This document shows, in pieces, positions 9,709-19,420 of a DNA stretch of 64,000 nt. The position numbers and the translations under genes were made by a program. Numbering within the stretch: the stretch's first letter is position 1; every line of letters begins with the position of its first letter. Source of the stretch: Acholeplasmataceae bacterium (GTDB lineage Bacteria > Bacillota_I > Bacilli_A > Acholeplasmatales > Acholeplasmataceae). Location: assembly GCA_021108415.1 (NCBI GenBank), contig JAIOQX010000004.1, positions 6,189 to 70,188 on the forward strand. Direction: 5' to 3'. The notes below the pieces were generated by a model. It saw nothing but the letters and a program-made list of their open reading frames with translations, was not told the DNA's origin and searched no databases.

Positions 9709-11346
9709 ATGGAACAAAAAAAAATTGATGAAGCTTCAAAACAATTAAATATGGGAAAAGACCAAAAACTCAATGCAGTCAATGAGTCTTTTAAGATTGT
9801 TGTTTATTATATATTAATTAGTATCTTATGGATTTTTGGTTCTGATTGGGTTGTTAAAACATTTATCAACGATGCAAATTTGAGCAATCAAATTCAAACC
9901 ATTAAGGGTCTGTTTTTTGTTATTTTATCTGCAAGTCTCTTTTATATCATTATTTATAAAAGATTAAACTTATATGTTGCTTCAATCATAGAGTTTAAAA
10001 AAGCAAATGAAGAGTTAGAAATCATGCATCAAAATTCAATTGAGTTAGATGCTAAACTCTATCAATTAGCATATTATGATGAACTTACAGAACTGCCAAA
10101 TAAGACACTTTTAGAAGAAAAAGTGAATGCATATTTAAAGAATAATGAAGATAAAACAATGGCTATTATCTATATGGATATTGATGAATTTAGAAATGTA
10201 AATGAAGTTAAAGGGCATCAAATTGGTGATGAATTGATCAAGTCTGTAGCAGAAGTGATGAGAAAGCATTTGAAAACAAATGATTTTTTATGCCATACTG
10301 GAGCTGATGAATTTGTCGTTGTTTCTTTTGATATCAAAGACTTAAATGTATTTTTAACTGAACTTGATGTATTTTTTAAAAATATTAAAAAAACTTATGT
10401 TTTAGATAAAGATGAATTTTATGTGTCATTTAGTGGTGGGGTTGCTCTTGCACCAGATCACGGTAAGGATTATATTACATTGTTAAGACACGCAGACAGT
10501 GCTTTATCAATGGCAAAAAATAAAGGTAAAGATCAATTGGTTATTTTTGATGATGAAATGGTAACCATGATTACACAACAAACAGAATTGTTAAATCATT
10601 TAAGAAATGCGATTCCTAATCATGAGTTTTCAATTGCTTATCAACCCATCATTGATTTAAAAGATAATTCAATTAGAGGTGCTGAGGCTTTAATCAGATG
10701 GAATAATAAAGTTAAAGGTTATATTCCTCCGTTAGAGTTTATCTCTTTATCAGAAAAAAATGGATATATTAAGGAAATCACAGAATGGGTTTTTTATCAG
10801 GTAGCAAAAGATATATCAAAATGGCCAAAAAGAGATAACAATTTTAAAATATCAATTAATATATCAGCAGTTATGCTTATACAAGATTCGTTTTTAAAAT
10901 ATCTTAACAAATGGATTAAACAATATCAAATCGATTGTAAACAATTAGTTTTAGAAATCACAGAAACTGCTGTTATTACAGATATTGACCGAAGTATTCA
11001 TGTCTTATTACAACTTAAAAAACTTGGATTCATGATAGCTTTAGATGATTTTGGAACAGGGTATTCATCTTTAACTTATTTACAAAGATTGCCGATTGAT
11101 ATTATAAAAATAGATCGTAGTTTCATAAACAACATTAATAAAAACACTCAAGAGTTTCATGTGTTAAAGTATATGATTGATTTAGCTCATCATTTAAATA
11201 TGAGAATTGTTGCTGAAGGTATTGAAATCATAGAACAACAAAACATGGTTAAATCTTATCAAGGGGATTTAGCACAAGGATATTATTACTGTAAACCTAT
11301 ACCTAAAGAACAACTTTTTGAATTTATGAAAACATATAAAAAATAA
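9709..11346 (+). CDS. 2-TM GGDEF(GADEF)-EAL protein, likely c-di-GMP phosphodiesterase
   Basis: YDELTELPN, GADEF variant; YQPI, EALIRW, LEITE, DDFGTGYSS, KIDRSF, VAEGIE; start at ATG 9709 after aagga. Confidence 0.9.
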   Translation: MEQKKIDEASKQLNMGKDQKLNAVNESFKIVVYYILISILWIFGSDWVVKTFINDANLSNQIQTIKGLFFVILSASLFYIIIYKRLNLYVASIIEFKKANEELEIMHQNSIELDAKLYQLAYYDELTELPNKTLLEEKVNAYLKNNEDKTMAIIYMDIDEFRNVNEVKGHQIGDELIKSVAEVMRKHLKTNDFLCHTGADEFVVVSFDIKDLNVFLTELDVFFKNIKKTYVLDKDEFYVSFSGGVALAPDHGKDYITLLRHADSALSMAKNKGKDQLVIFDDEMVTMITQQTELLNHLRNAIPNHEFSIAYQPIIDLKDNSIRGAEALIRWNNKVKGYIPPLEFISLSEKNGYIKEITEWVFYQVAKDISKWPKRDNNFKISINISAVMLIQDSFLKYLNKWIKQYQIDCKQLVLEITETAVITDIDRSIHVLLQLKKLGFMIALDDFGTGYSSLTYLQRLPIDIIKIDRSFINNINKNTQEFHVLKYMIDLAHHLNMRIVAEGIEIIEQQNMVKSYQGDLAQGYYYCKPIPKEQLFEFMKTYKK

Positions 11347-11367
11347 TATGATTAAAGAGGTGAGTAT

Positions 11368-12483
11368 ATGATTGAGTTTATAGAAGCATATCATATTCAT
11401 TTATTTTCAAGTTTATTATTATTAATTATTGTCATATTAAATAGATTTAAAAAAGATATTCCAACTTTTTCTATTAATATATTTTATGGGCTTATTTTAG
11501 TGAATCTTTTTTTGCTTATTTTAGAACCACTTAGTTTCATTGCTGATTCAAACACACACAATTTATTACCATATCTTAATTATGCGATTGATTTTCTAGT
11601 GGTCTTGTTAACGCCTGTTTTAGTTGGGTTATGGTCATCATATATCGACTATAAATTATTTAAAAAGAGAAACAGACTAAGAAAAAGACTTTATTATCAA
11701 CATGTTGCAATTATTTCGTTTGTTGGATTGCTCATTAATTTTTTCACTCCCGTCTTTTTTTCAATCGATTTGGACACAAATACTTACCAAAGAGGATATT
11801 TATTTTTCTTAAGATATGCTATGATTTTTGCACTTTATATACATATCACCTATATGACCATAAAAAATAAAAACAGACAAAATTCTCAAATTATTATAGG
11901 GATTCTTATTTTCTTATTATTTCCAATCATTGGATCTATTATTCAATTGTTTTACCAAACGCTTTATTTTCAATTTAGTGGAGCTGCATTAGGTGTTCTA
12001 GTAGTATTTATATTTTTAGAAACTACAAGTGGTAATAAAGATTATCTGACTAATTTATATTCAAGACGAGTTTTAGATGAGTATTTGAATATTTTAGTTG
12101 AAAAGAAGGAACAATTTACCGTGATGATGATTGATTTGGATCATTTTAAGATGATTAATGATGAATTAGGACATCAAGCAGGTGATCAAGTCTTAATTGA
12201 ATTTTCAAGAATACTAAGTAGACTCAAAAAATCCAAAAAGACATTAATCACTAGACTTGGTGGCGATGAATTCTTATGTATCCTTACAGAAGACGATCAC
12301 ACAGATGCTAAGAAATATATAGAAAAGTTATATAAAGAGACCAGTGAAAGTGTCATATTAAAAGAAAACAAGTTTAAAGGATTTTCTGAAGGTATTCTTC
12401 CATACGATCATAAAATGGGTATAGATAAATTGTTAAGAAATGTAGATGCTCGAATGTATGATAAAAAGTACTCAAAAAGATAA
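11368..12483 (+). CDS. Multi-TM diguanylate cyclase (GGDEF)
   Basis: About 7 hydrophobic segments then DYLTNLYSRR, DLDHFKMIND.LGH.AGD, RLGGDEF. Confidence 0.9.
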   Translation: MIEFIEAYHIHLFSSLLLLIIVILNRFKKDIPTFSINIFYGLILVNLFLLILEPLSFIADSNTHNLLPYLNYAIDFLVVLLTPVLVGLWSSYIDYKLFKKRNRLRKRLYYQHVAIISFVGLLINFFTPVFFSIDLDTNTYQRGYLFFLRYAMIFALYIHITYMTIKNKNRQNSQIIIGILIFLLFPIIGSIIQLFYQTLYFQFSGAALGVLVVFIFLETTSGNKDYLTNLYSRRVLDEYLNILVEKKEQFTVMMIDLDHFKMINDELGHQAGDQVLIEFSRILSRLKKSKKTLITRLGGDEFLCILTEDDHTDAKKYIEKLYKETSESVILKENKFKGFSEGILPYDHKMGIDKLLRNVDARMYDKKYSKR

Positions 12484-12508
12484 AAGAATCCATGCGGATT
12501 CTTTTTTT
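12483..12508 (+). terminator. Intrinsic terminator
   Basis: aaagaatcc-atgc-ggattcttt plus T run. Confidence 0.7.
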
Positions 12509-12551
12509 AAGGTCATAAACATGCTATAATTAATAAATAGGAGTGATTAAA

Positions 12552-13787
12552 ATGCCAAAAATAGAATTAATAAAAAAATTAGCTGAACTTGCAGTAAAAG
12601 TAGGTGCAAATGTTCAAAAAGATCAAGTTGTCGTTATTAGAACTTCAACTGAAACAAAGATGTTAGCTAGAGAGATAACAGAACAAGCTTATCTTGCTGG
12701 TGCAAAAAGAGTCCATGTACAATGGAGCGATGAATATGTTTCTCATCAATCATTATTACATGCATCAGTAGAAGAGTTGCAAAATGTTCCAAATTATTTA
12801 GTCGAACAGTATCAATATTATGTAGATTTAGGAGCTTGCTTTATTTCAATCGCATCTCCAATTCCGGGGTTAAACAAAGATGTTGATTCAACAAAGTCAC
12901 AAAAAGCTGGAATTGCAATGCAAAAAGCTGTTTCATTTTTTAGAGAATTTTTAATGGGTAATAAGTCTCAATGGACAATTGTTTCTGAGCCAAATGCAGT
13001 TTGGGCTAAACAAGTATTCCCGGATCTAGACGAAGAACAAGCTGTTGAAAAATTATGGGATGCAATCCTAAATGCTAGTAGAGTAACAAAAGATAATGAT
13101 CCAATTCTAGAGTGGAAAGAACATAATGCTAGATTGTTAGCACATAATAAAGTACTAAATGATTACAACTTCAAACATCTTCATTTTAAAAATAGTCTTG
13201 GAACTGATTTAGTTGTTGAACTTGTTAAAGACCATGTATGGGCTGGTGGTGGAGAAGTTGCACTTAATGGTGCATACTTTAATCCAAACATACCAACAGA
13301 AGAAAATTTTACGATGCCATATAAATGGGGTACAAGTGGTAAAGTATATGCTACAAAACCTTTAAACTACCAAGGTAAATTGATTGATAAATTTTGGTTA
13401 GAATTCAAAGATGGAAAAGTCGTAGATTTTCATGCTGAAAAAGAATATGATGCTTTAAAGAGTTTACTTGAAACCGATGAAGGTAGTAAATATATAGGAG
13501 AAATTGCGTTAATTAGCCATGATTCTCCAATATCAAACACGAACATATTGTTCTTAAACACACTATTTGATGAGAATGCATCATGCCACATGGCATTAGG
13601 CAGAGCTTATCCAATGAATATTAAAAATGGTGTAAATTTAGAAATATCAGAATTGGTTAAACATGGGTATAACAATTCAATGGTACACTCTGATTTTATG
13701 TTTGGTAGTAAAGATATGGAAATTATTGGTGTTACTCAATATGATAAAGAAGTAAAAGTATTTTCGAAAGGTAATTTTGTAATTTAG
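12552..13787 (+). CDS. M29 family aminopeptidase (AmpS/PepS-like)
   Basis: PNIPTEE, TKPLNYQG, GEIAL, LFDENASCHMALG, HSDFMFG; RBS aggag before ATG 12552. Confidence 0.93.
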   Translation: MPKIELIKKLAELAVKVGANVQKDQVVVIRTSTETKMLAREITEQAYLAGAKRVHVQWSDEYVSHQSLLHASVEELQNVPNYLVEQYQYYVDLGACFISIASPIPGLNKDVDSTKSQKAGIAMQKAVSFFREFLMGNKSQWTIVSEPNAVWAKQVFPDLDEEQAVEKLWDAILNASRVTKDNDPILEWKEHNARLLAHNKVLNDYNFKHLHFKNSLGTDLVVELVKDHVWAGGGEVALNGAYFNPNIPTEENFTMPYKWGTSGKVYATKPLNYQGKLIDKFWLEFKDGKVVDFHAEKEYDALKSLLETDEGSKYIGEIALISHDSPISNTNILFLNTLFDENASCHMALGRAYPMNIKNGVNLEISELVKHGYNNSMVHSDFMFGSKDMEIIGVTQYDKEVKVFSKGNFVI

Positions 13788-13831
13788 GTGTCTTTTTAAG
13801 ACGCCTTTTTTTATAGATAAAGGAGAAAATT

Positions 13832-15802
13832 ATGGAAAAACTAAATTTAAAAGATTTCATAGATTTTAAATATATTTCTAATTTAAAATCCAATGAAAAA
13901 CAAACTAGATTGGCTTTCGTTAGTGGGAAAGCATTAGAAGAAAAAAATGAATATCATTATGATTTATATACAATTGAAAATCATAAAGCAAAAAAACTTA
14001 TAAATCTAAAAAAACATTCTAATTTTATATGGGAAAATGATGATACGCTATTGTTTGCTTATGCAAAAAACAACAAAGAAGAAAAAATAGAAAAAGATAA
14101 GGTATCACTGTATTATCGCTATCATCTAAATGAAGAAAAATTAGAAAAAGCCTTTGATCTTCCAATGCCAGCTCAAGTCATCCAAGTGATTGGAAATAAA
14201 TTAGTTATAAAAGCGCAGTTGACACCAGATGAGCATCAATTATATTTGGCAAATGAAGCAGATAGAAAAACATTTTTAAAAGAACAGAAAAAATTAAAAG
14301 CATATGAAGATATTACTGAGATTCCATTTTATTCAAATGGTAATGGCTTTGTTACACAAAAGAGATCTCAATTGTTCATCTATGACACTTCAACAAAAAC
14401 ATTTGATCTAATTGTTGATCCAGATTTCAATGTAAATATCGTAACATTATCAAAAGATTTAAAACATATTTACTATACCGGAAAACAAGCAAAACACGTT
14501 AGATCATTGACGTCACATGTATTTGTATATCACCTAGAAACAAAGACAACTGAAGTACTTTATCAAAAAGATGATTATAATATATCTAGTATATTTTTAC
14601 TAAAGGATAAAGTTATAGTTGAAGCTAGTGACATGCAAAAATTTGGTCTAAATGAAGATGGAAACTTTTATGAATTAAAACATAAAGAATTAGTTTTATT
14701 TAAAACATTTGGTCTAACTGTTTCTTCATCTGTTGGATCTGATTCAAGGTTAGGCGGAAATCCTTCAACAGTTGTATATAAAGATAAACTATATTTTGTT
14801 AAAACCAATGATGATCACACTGAACTCATAACACTTGATATGGATAAAAATTTAGAACAAGTTTTTGTAATGGATGGATCAATTGAAGGTATACAAGTAT
14901 TAAATGATGAAATCTATATGGTAGGTTTATATAAGCAAAAACTACAAGAGGTATATAAACTAAATGGATCTAAATTAACACAAATCACAAGATTTAATTC
15001 AATAGTCTTTAAGAATAAGTATATTGCAAAACCTAAGACAATTATTTATAAAGATAGAAATCATGAAGTAAAAGGATTTGTTTTATATCCTAAAGATTTT
15101 GATCCAAATAAAACATACCCAGCAATACTAGATATTCATGGAGGACCTAAGACTGTTTATGGTAAAGTTTATTATCATGAAATGCAATTATGGGCTAATT
15201 TAGGATATTTTGTATGTTTTGCAAATCCTAGAGGTAGTGATGGTAAAGGTAATGAGTTTGCGGATATTAGAGGGAAATACGGCACAATTGATTATGATGA
15301 TTTAATGAATTTTACGGATTTAGTCATTAAAAAGACAAAACAAATAGATGTCAAAAACTTCTTTGTAACCGGTGGTTCTTATGGTGGATTTATGACTAAC
15401 TGGATTGTTGGGCACACTCATCGATTCAAAGCTGCTGCAACACAAAGAAGTATTTCAAATTGGCTATCATTTCATGGAACGTCAGATATTGGATTTTATT
15501 TTTCTAAGGATCAAACAGCAGGCCATCCACTTATGGATACAGATCTTTTGTGGCAACAATCTCCTATCAAATATGCAATGGATGTAAAAACACCTCTATT
15601 ATTTATCCATTCAGATGAAGATTATAGATGCCCTATTGAACAAGCTATGCAATATTATACTATCTTAAGAGAAAAGGGTTTAGAGACTAAATTTGTGTGG
15701 TTTAAAGGTGAGACACATGAATTATCAAGAGGTGGTAAACCTCAAGCAAGAATTAAGAGACTAAAAGAGATTACAGATTGGTTTGAAACTCATAAATCAT
15801 AA
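13832..15802 (+). CDS. S9 family peptidase (acylaminoacyl/dipeptidyl aminopeptidase)
   Basis: IHGGP, NPRGSDG.G, GGSYGG nucleophile, DYRC, HELSR; N-terminal propeller-like region. Confidence 0.92.
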   Translation: MEKLNLKDFIDFKYISNLKSNEKQTRLAFVSGKALEEKNEYHYDLYTIENHKAKKLINLKKHSNFIWENDDTLLFAYAKNNKEEKIEKDKVSLYYRYHLNEEKLEKAFDLPMPAQVIQVIGNKLVIKAQLTPDEHQLYLANEADRKTFLKEQKKLKAYEDITEIPFYSNGNGFVTQKRSQLFIYDTSTKTFDLIVDPDFNVNIVTLSKDLKHIYYTGKQAKHVRSLTSHVFVYHLETKTTEVLYQKDDYNISSIFLLKDKVIVEASDMQKFGLNEDGNFYELKHKELVLFKTFGLTVSSSVGSDSRLGGNPSTVVYKDKLYFVKTNDDHTELITLDMDKNLEQVFVMDGSIEGIQVLNDEIYMVGLYKQKLQEVYKLNGSKLTQITRFNSIVFKNKYIAKPKTIIYKDRNHEVKGFVLYPKDFDPNKTYPAILDIHGGPKTVYGKVYYHEMQLWANLGYFVCFANPRGSDGKGNEFADIRGKYGTIDYDDLMNFTDLVIKKTKQIDVKNFFVTGGSYGGFMTNWIVGHTHRFKAAATQRSISNWLSFHGTSDIGFYFSKDQTAGHPLMDTDLLWQQSPIKYAMDVKTPLLFIHSDEDYRCPIEQAMQYYTILREKGLETKFVWFKGETHELSRGGKPQARIKRLKEITDWFETHKS

Positions 15803-15872
15803 AAAATGTAAATAATTTTATATATATGTAGTTTTGTTATATAATGAAACTAAAATAAGGAGGATTTCATTT

Positions 15873-16346
15873 ATGTGGTTTTTTGGAAAAAAACGTGCAA
15901 AGAAAAAAGCTTTGCAAGAAGAGCAATTAAAAATGCAACAAGAGTCAAAGAAAAAGAGTGTTGTTGTAGAACCTAAACCTGCTCCTCAAAAAGCAGTTGT
16001 GGCTGAAAAGTCAGCACCAAAAGTAGCGGAAAAAGCAGAACCTGTTAAAGCAAAACCTCAAGCAGTTAAACCTGTTAAAGCAAAACCTCAAGCAGTTAAA
16101 CCTGTTAAAGAAGAAGTGCCTGCAGATGACAATAAAAACAAGAAGTATCATGTATCTCAAAATAAAGATGCTAAAAGTAAGTATTATAAGAGCTGGAGAG
16201 TTAGAAAAGAAGGGTCTTCTAAAACAATTAAGTATTTTAATACACAAGCTGAAGCCATTGATTATGCTCAAGATTTAGCTGATAATAATGATTCATCTAT
16301 TGTAATTCATAAATTAGATGGTTCAATTAGAAAACAAGACTATTAA
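15873..16346 (+). CDS. DUF2188-domain protein with Lys/Pro/Ala-rich linker
   Basis: C-terminal YHV..WRVRKEGSSK..FNTQAEAI..IHKLDGSIR; RBS aggagg before ATG 15873. Confidence 0.75.
   Translation: MWFFGKKRAKKKALQEEQLKMQQESKKKSVVVEPKPAPQKAVVAEKSAPKVAEKAEPVKAKPQAVKPVKAKPQAVKPVKEEVPADDNKNKKYHVSQNKDAKSKYYKSWRVRKEGSSKTIKYFNTQAEAIDYAQDLADNNDSSIVIHKLDGSIRKQDY
16041..16110 (+). repeat. 30-bp in-frame tandem repeat (2.3 copies; PVKAKPQAVK)
   Basis: cctgttaaagcaaaacctcaagcagttaaa twice, then cctgttaaag. Confidence 0.9.
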
Positions 16347-16351
16347 AAAAC

Positions 16352-16383
16352 AAAAAGAAGCTTATGAAAATAGCTTCTTTTTT
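16352..16383. terminator. Bidirectional terminator between DUF2188 gene and clpB
   Basis: aaaaagaagct-tatgaaaat-agcttcttttt. Confidence 0.75.
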
Positions 16384-16394
16384 CTTTTTAACAC

Positions 16395-18515
16395 TTATTT
16401 TATTTCTAATTGATCATCTTTAACATAAATCTCATAGGATTGATGAGGTAAGATTGAACCCTCTATAATTTTTGTTGCAATTAAAGTTTCGATATATCTT
16501 GAGATAAATCTTTTTAAGGGTCTAGCACCATATTCATCATTATAGCCATGCTTAATCACATATTTTTGTACAGCGTCATTAAATTGTAAATGAATATTTT
16601 TGGTTTCTAATCTCTTTGATAAGTCAGTTAACATTTTATGTGCAATTTCTATTTGAACTTTTAAGCCTAGTGGATTAAATATAATTTGTTCATCAATTCT
16701 ATTTAAGAATTCAGGTTTAAATGTGGTTTTGATCAAACTTTGAACTTTTGTAAGCGCATCTTGATCGTTTGACATTAGATATTGACTACCTAAATTAGAA
16801 GTTAAGATGATGATTGTATTTTTAAAATCTATAGTTCTACCTTGGTTATCCGTTAATCTACCATCATCAAGTATCTGAAGTAATATGTTAAATACTTCGG
16901 GATGTGCTTTTTCGATTTCATCAAATAATACAATTGAATAAGGTTTTCTTCTCACTGCTTCAGTCAATTGTCCACCCTCGTCATATCCAACATATCCTGG
17001 AGGAGAACCTATAAGTCTTGATACACTATGTGATTCCATATATTCACTCATATCGATTCTTATGATTTGATGTTCATTATCAAATAAAGCATCTGCTAGT
17101 GACCTAGCAACTTCAGTTTTACCAACACCAGTAGGTCCTAAGAATAAAAACGATCCAATAGGTCTATTTTCATCTTTTATACCCGCTCTTTGTCTTATGA
17201 TTGCATCACTAATCAATTTAAGCGCATGATCTTGTCCAATCACACGTTTTTTGAGCGTTTCTTCTAGATGAAGTAATTTTTCTTTATCACCACTCATTAG
17301 TTTAGACACTGGGATATGTGTCCATTTTGAAACTACGTCAGCAATACTTTCTTCTGTAACTATTTCAGTTAACAATCTGCCTTCTGTCATACTTTGTATA
17401 GACATTTGATCGATTTCTTTTTCTAAAGCAGGGATTTTACTGTATTGCAATTCTGCAGCTTTTTGATAATTGTTATCATTTAGTGCGTTTTGAAGATCAA
17501 GACGTAAAGCTTCTAAACTGTTTTTTTTGAGTTTGATTGAATTCAAGTGAGCTTTTTCATCTTCCCATTGTTTTCTTAATTTTTTTTCATCTGATTTCAA
17601 TAGACTAATCTCTGAGTTAATTTTTGATAATCTATCTTTTGAGATAGGGTCTTTTTCTTTATCTAAAGCGGTTTTTTCTATTTCTAATTGCATTAGTCTT
17701 CTAGTGACATCATCTAGTTCAACAGGCATAGAATCTATCTCCATGCGAATAGAAGCACAAGCTTCATCTATAAGATCAATTGCTTTGTCTGGTAAGAATC
17801 TATCAGATATATATCGATTAGATAAGGTTGCAGCTTGTATAAGTGCAGGATCTGATATATGAACTCCATGATGTGCTTCAAATCTTGATTTTAAACCTCT
17901 GAGGATACTGATTGTGTCTGTAACAGTAGGTTCGTTAATGAGAACTTTTTGGAATCTTCGCTCTAATGCGGAATCTTTTTCGATATATTTTCTATATTCA
18001 TTGAGTGTGGTTGCACCTACACAGTGAAGTTCACCACGAGCAAGCATAGGCTTTAGCATATTTGATGCATCCATTGCACCATCAACACGACCTGCACCAA
18101 CAATTGAATGAATTTCATCGATAAATAATATGATTTGTCCATCTGAATCCTTAATTTTCTTTAGAACTGCTTTTAAGCGTTCTTCAAACTCACCTCTAAA
18201 TTTAGCACCTGCAACTAGTGAAGCAAGATCGAGCTCATAAAGCATTTTATTTTGCAGTCCTAAAGGAACGTCTTTGTCGACGATACGTCTTGCAAGTCCT
18301 TCAACGATAGCTGTTTTACCAACACCTGGTTCACCTATTAAAACAGGATTATTTTTAGTTTTTCTTGATAGAATTTTTATTACACGTCTAATTTCTTCTT
18401 CACGACCGATGACGGGATCTATCTTACCTTTTTTTACTTCATCAACTATATTTCGTCCAAACTTTTCTAATACATCTGGATCATTTTGATAGTCGTTCAT
18501 TTGTGTAAAGTTCAT
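16395..18515 (-). CDS. clpB: ClpB chaperone lacking the N-terminal Clp-repeat domain
   Basis: [23 protein letters not shown], coiled-coil middle domain, [21 protein letters not shown]. Confidence 0.95.
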   Translation of the reverse strand: MNFTQMNDYQNDPDVLEKFGRNIVDEVKKGKIDPVIGREEEIRRVIKILSRKTKNNPVLIGEPGVGKTAIVEGLARRIVDKDVPLGLQNKMLYELDLASLVAGAKFRGEFEERLKAVLKKIKDSDGQIILFIDEIHSIVGAGRVDGAMDASNMLKPMLARGELHCVGATTLNEYRKYIEKDSALERRFQKVLINEPTVTDTISILRGLKSRFEAHHGVHISDPALIQAATLSNRYISDRFLPDKAIDLIDEACASIRMEIDSMPVELDDVTRRLMQLEIEKTALDKEKDPISKDRLSKINSEISLLKSDEKKLRKQWEDEKAHLNSIKLKKNSLEALRLDLQNALNDNNYQKAAELQYSKIPALEKEIDQMSIQSMTEGRLLTEIVTEESIADVVSKWTHIPVSKLMSGDKEKLLHLEETLKKRVIGQDHALKLISDAIIRQRAGIKDENRPIGSFLFLGPTGVGKTEVARSLADALFDNEHQIIRIDMSEYMESHSVSRLIGSPPGYVGYDEGGQLTEAVRRKPYSIVLFDEIEKAHPEVFNILLQILDDGRLTDNQGRTIDFKNTIIILTSNLGSQYLMSNDQDALTKVQSLIKTTFKPEFLNRIDEQIIFNPLGLKVQIEIAHKMLTDLSKRLETKNIHLQFNDAVQKYVIKHGYNDEYGARPLKRFISRYIETLIATKIIEGSILPHQSYEIYVKDDQLEIK

Positions 18516-18528
18516 ATGTATGCCTCCT

Positions 18529-18555
18529 TTGGCAATTGATAATATCGAGTGCCAT
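18529..18555. promoter_or_regulatory. CIRCE element 1 (HrcA operator) between clpB -10 and RBS
   Basis: TTGGCAATT-N9-GAGTGCCAT vs consensus TTAGCACTC-N9-GAGTGCTAA. Confidence 0.75.
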
Positions 18556-18559
18556 TTAT

Positions 18560-18588
18560 ATTATAAATCAAACTTTTGGCACTGTCAA
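18560..18588 (-). promoter_or_regulatory. SigA-type promoter of clpB
   Basis: Minus strand TTGACA (18588-18583), 17 bp, TATAAT (18565-18560). Confidence 0.85.
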
Positions 18589-18602
18589 CAATAAAGTGCT
18601 AA
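18576..18602. promoter_or_regulatory. CIRCE element 2 overlapping the clpB -35
   Basis: TTGGCACTG-N9-AAGTGCTAA. Confidence 0.8.
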
Positions 18603-18657
18603 AATGTTTAGATAATAAGATTTGAGAAGATGTGTTATACTATGAATGGTGATAAAA

Positions 18658-19116
18658 ATGACAAGAGTTTTATTTGTATGCTTAGGTAATATATGTAGAT
18701 CACCTATGGCAGAAGGATTGTTTAGAAAAAGAGTTATAGAACTTGGTTTAGATAGTGATATTCACATTGAATCTAGAGCAACTTCATCTTGGGAAGTGGG
18801 AAATAAGCCTCACCCAAAAACACAAAATATTCTAGAAAAAAATGGTGCTTATTTTAATGATATGAGATCTGAAAAAATAAGTGAAAATGATTTTGAGACT
18901 TTTGATTTTATTATTGGTATGGATCTTGAAAACATCAAGAATCTAAAAAGAATTGCTGGAAAACATGAACATAAAATACATTTATATTTAGATGCTTGTA
19001 ATAAAAATAAAGGTCAAGAAATTGACGATCCTTATTACACAAATAAATATCAAGAAACTTATGAATTGATTGTAAAAGCTATGGATTGTTGGATTGATAT
19101 CTTTAAAGCAAGTTAA
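18658..19116 (+). CDS. Low-molecular-weight protein-tyrosine phosphatase
   Basis: VCLGNICRSPMAE P-loop, DPYY; start could be 18646. Confidence 0.93.
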   Translation: MTRVLFVCLGNICRSPMAEGLFRKRVIELGLDSDIHIESRATSSWEVGNKPHPKTQNILEKNGAYFNDMRSEKISENDFETFDFIIGMDLENIKNLKRIAGKHEHKIHLYLDACNKNKGQEIDDPYYTNKYQETYELIVKAMDCWIDIFKAS

Positions 19117-19139
19117 TTCATATATTATTCATAAACTTA

Positions 19140-19169
19140 TTGACATTTCGGGGGTTAAAAAGTTATAAT
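19140..19169 (+). promoter_or_regulatory. SigA-type promoter of tRNA-Cys
   Basis: TTGACA 19140-19145, 18 bp, TATAAT 19164-19169. Confidence 0.65.
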
Positions 19170-19185
19170 AATAAAGCAAGTTTAT

Positions 19186-19259
19186 GGCCCTGTAGCCAAG
19201 CGGTAAGGCAAGGCACTGCAACTGCCTGATCATCGGTTCAAGTCCGTTCGGGGCCTCCA
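19186..19259 (+). tRNA. trnC: tRNA-Cys (anticodon GCA), encoded CCA
   Basis: Acceptor GGCCCTG/CGGGGCC, anticodon arm aggca-ctGCAac-tgcct, T loop TTCAAGT, U discriminator, CCA. Confidence 0.95.
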
Positions 19260-19273
19260 TTGTATAAATATAG

Positions 19274-19303
19274 AGATGCTTATTTCAAAAAGCATCTTTT
19301 TTT
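19274..19303 (+). terminator. Terminator after tRNA-Cys
   Basis: agatgctt..aagcatct plus T run. Confidence 0.7.
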
Positions 19304-19420
19304 GTAACAATATAGTTATTATTTTATTTAGTATAAGTCTCATTGCTTTACGAATAATTATAGTGTGCTATAATTTTAGTATATAAAATATATAAATGAT
19401 AAATTAAGGAGTCATACTAA

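Noticed and set aside
16041-16110. Tandem repeat as a possible CRISPR array
   Set aside because: No spacers, period is a multiple of three, lies in-frame in a protein, no cas genes
16395-18515. ClpB without N-domain as a pseudogene
   Set aside because: It has a good RBS, promoter and CIRCE pair directly upstream; N-domain-less ClpB is known in Mollicutes
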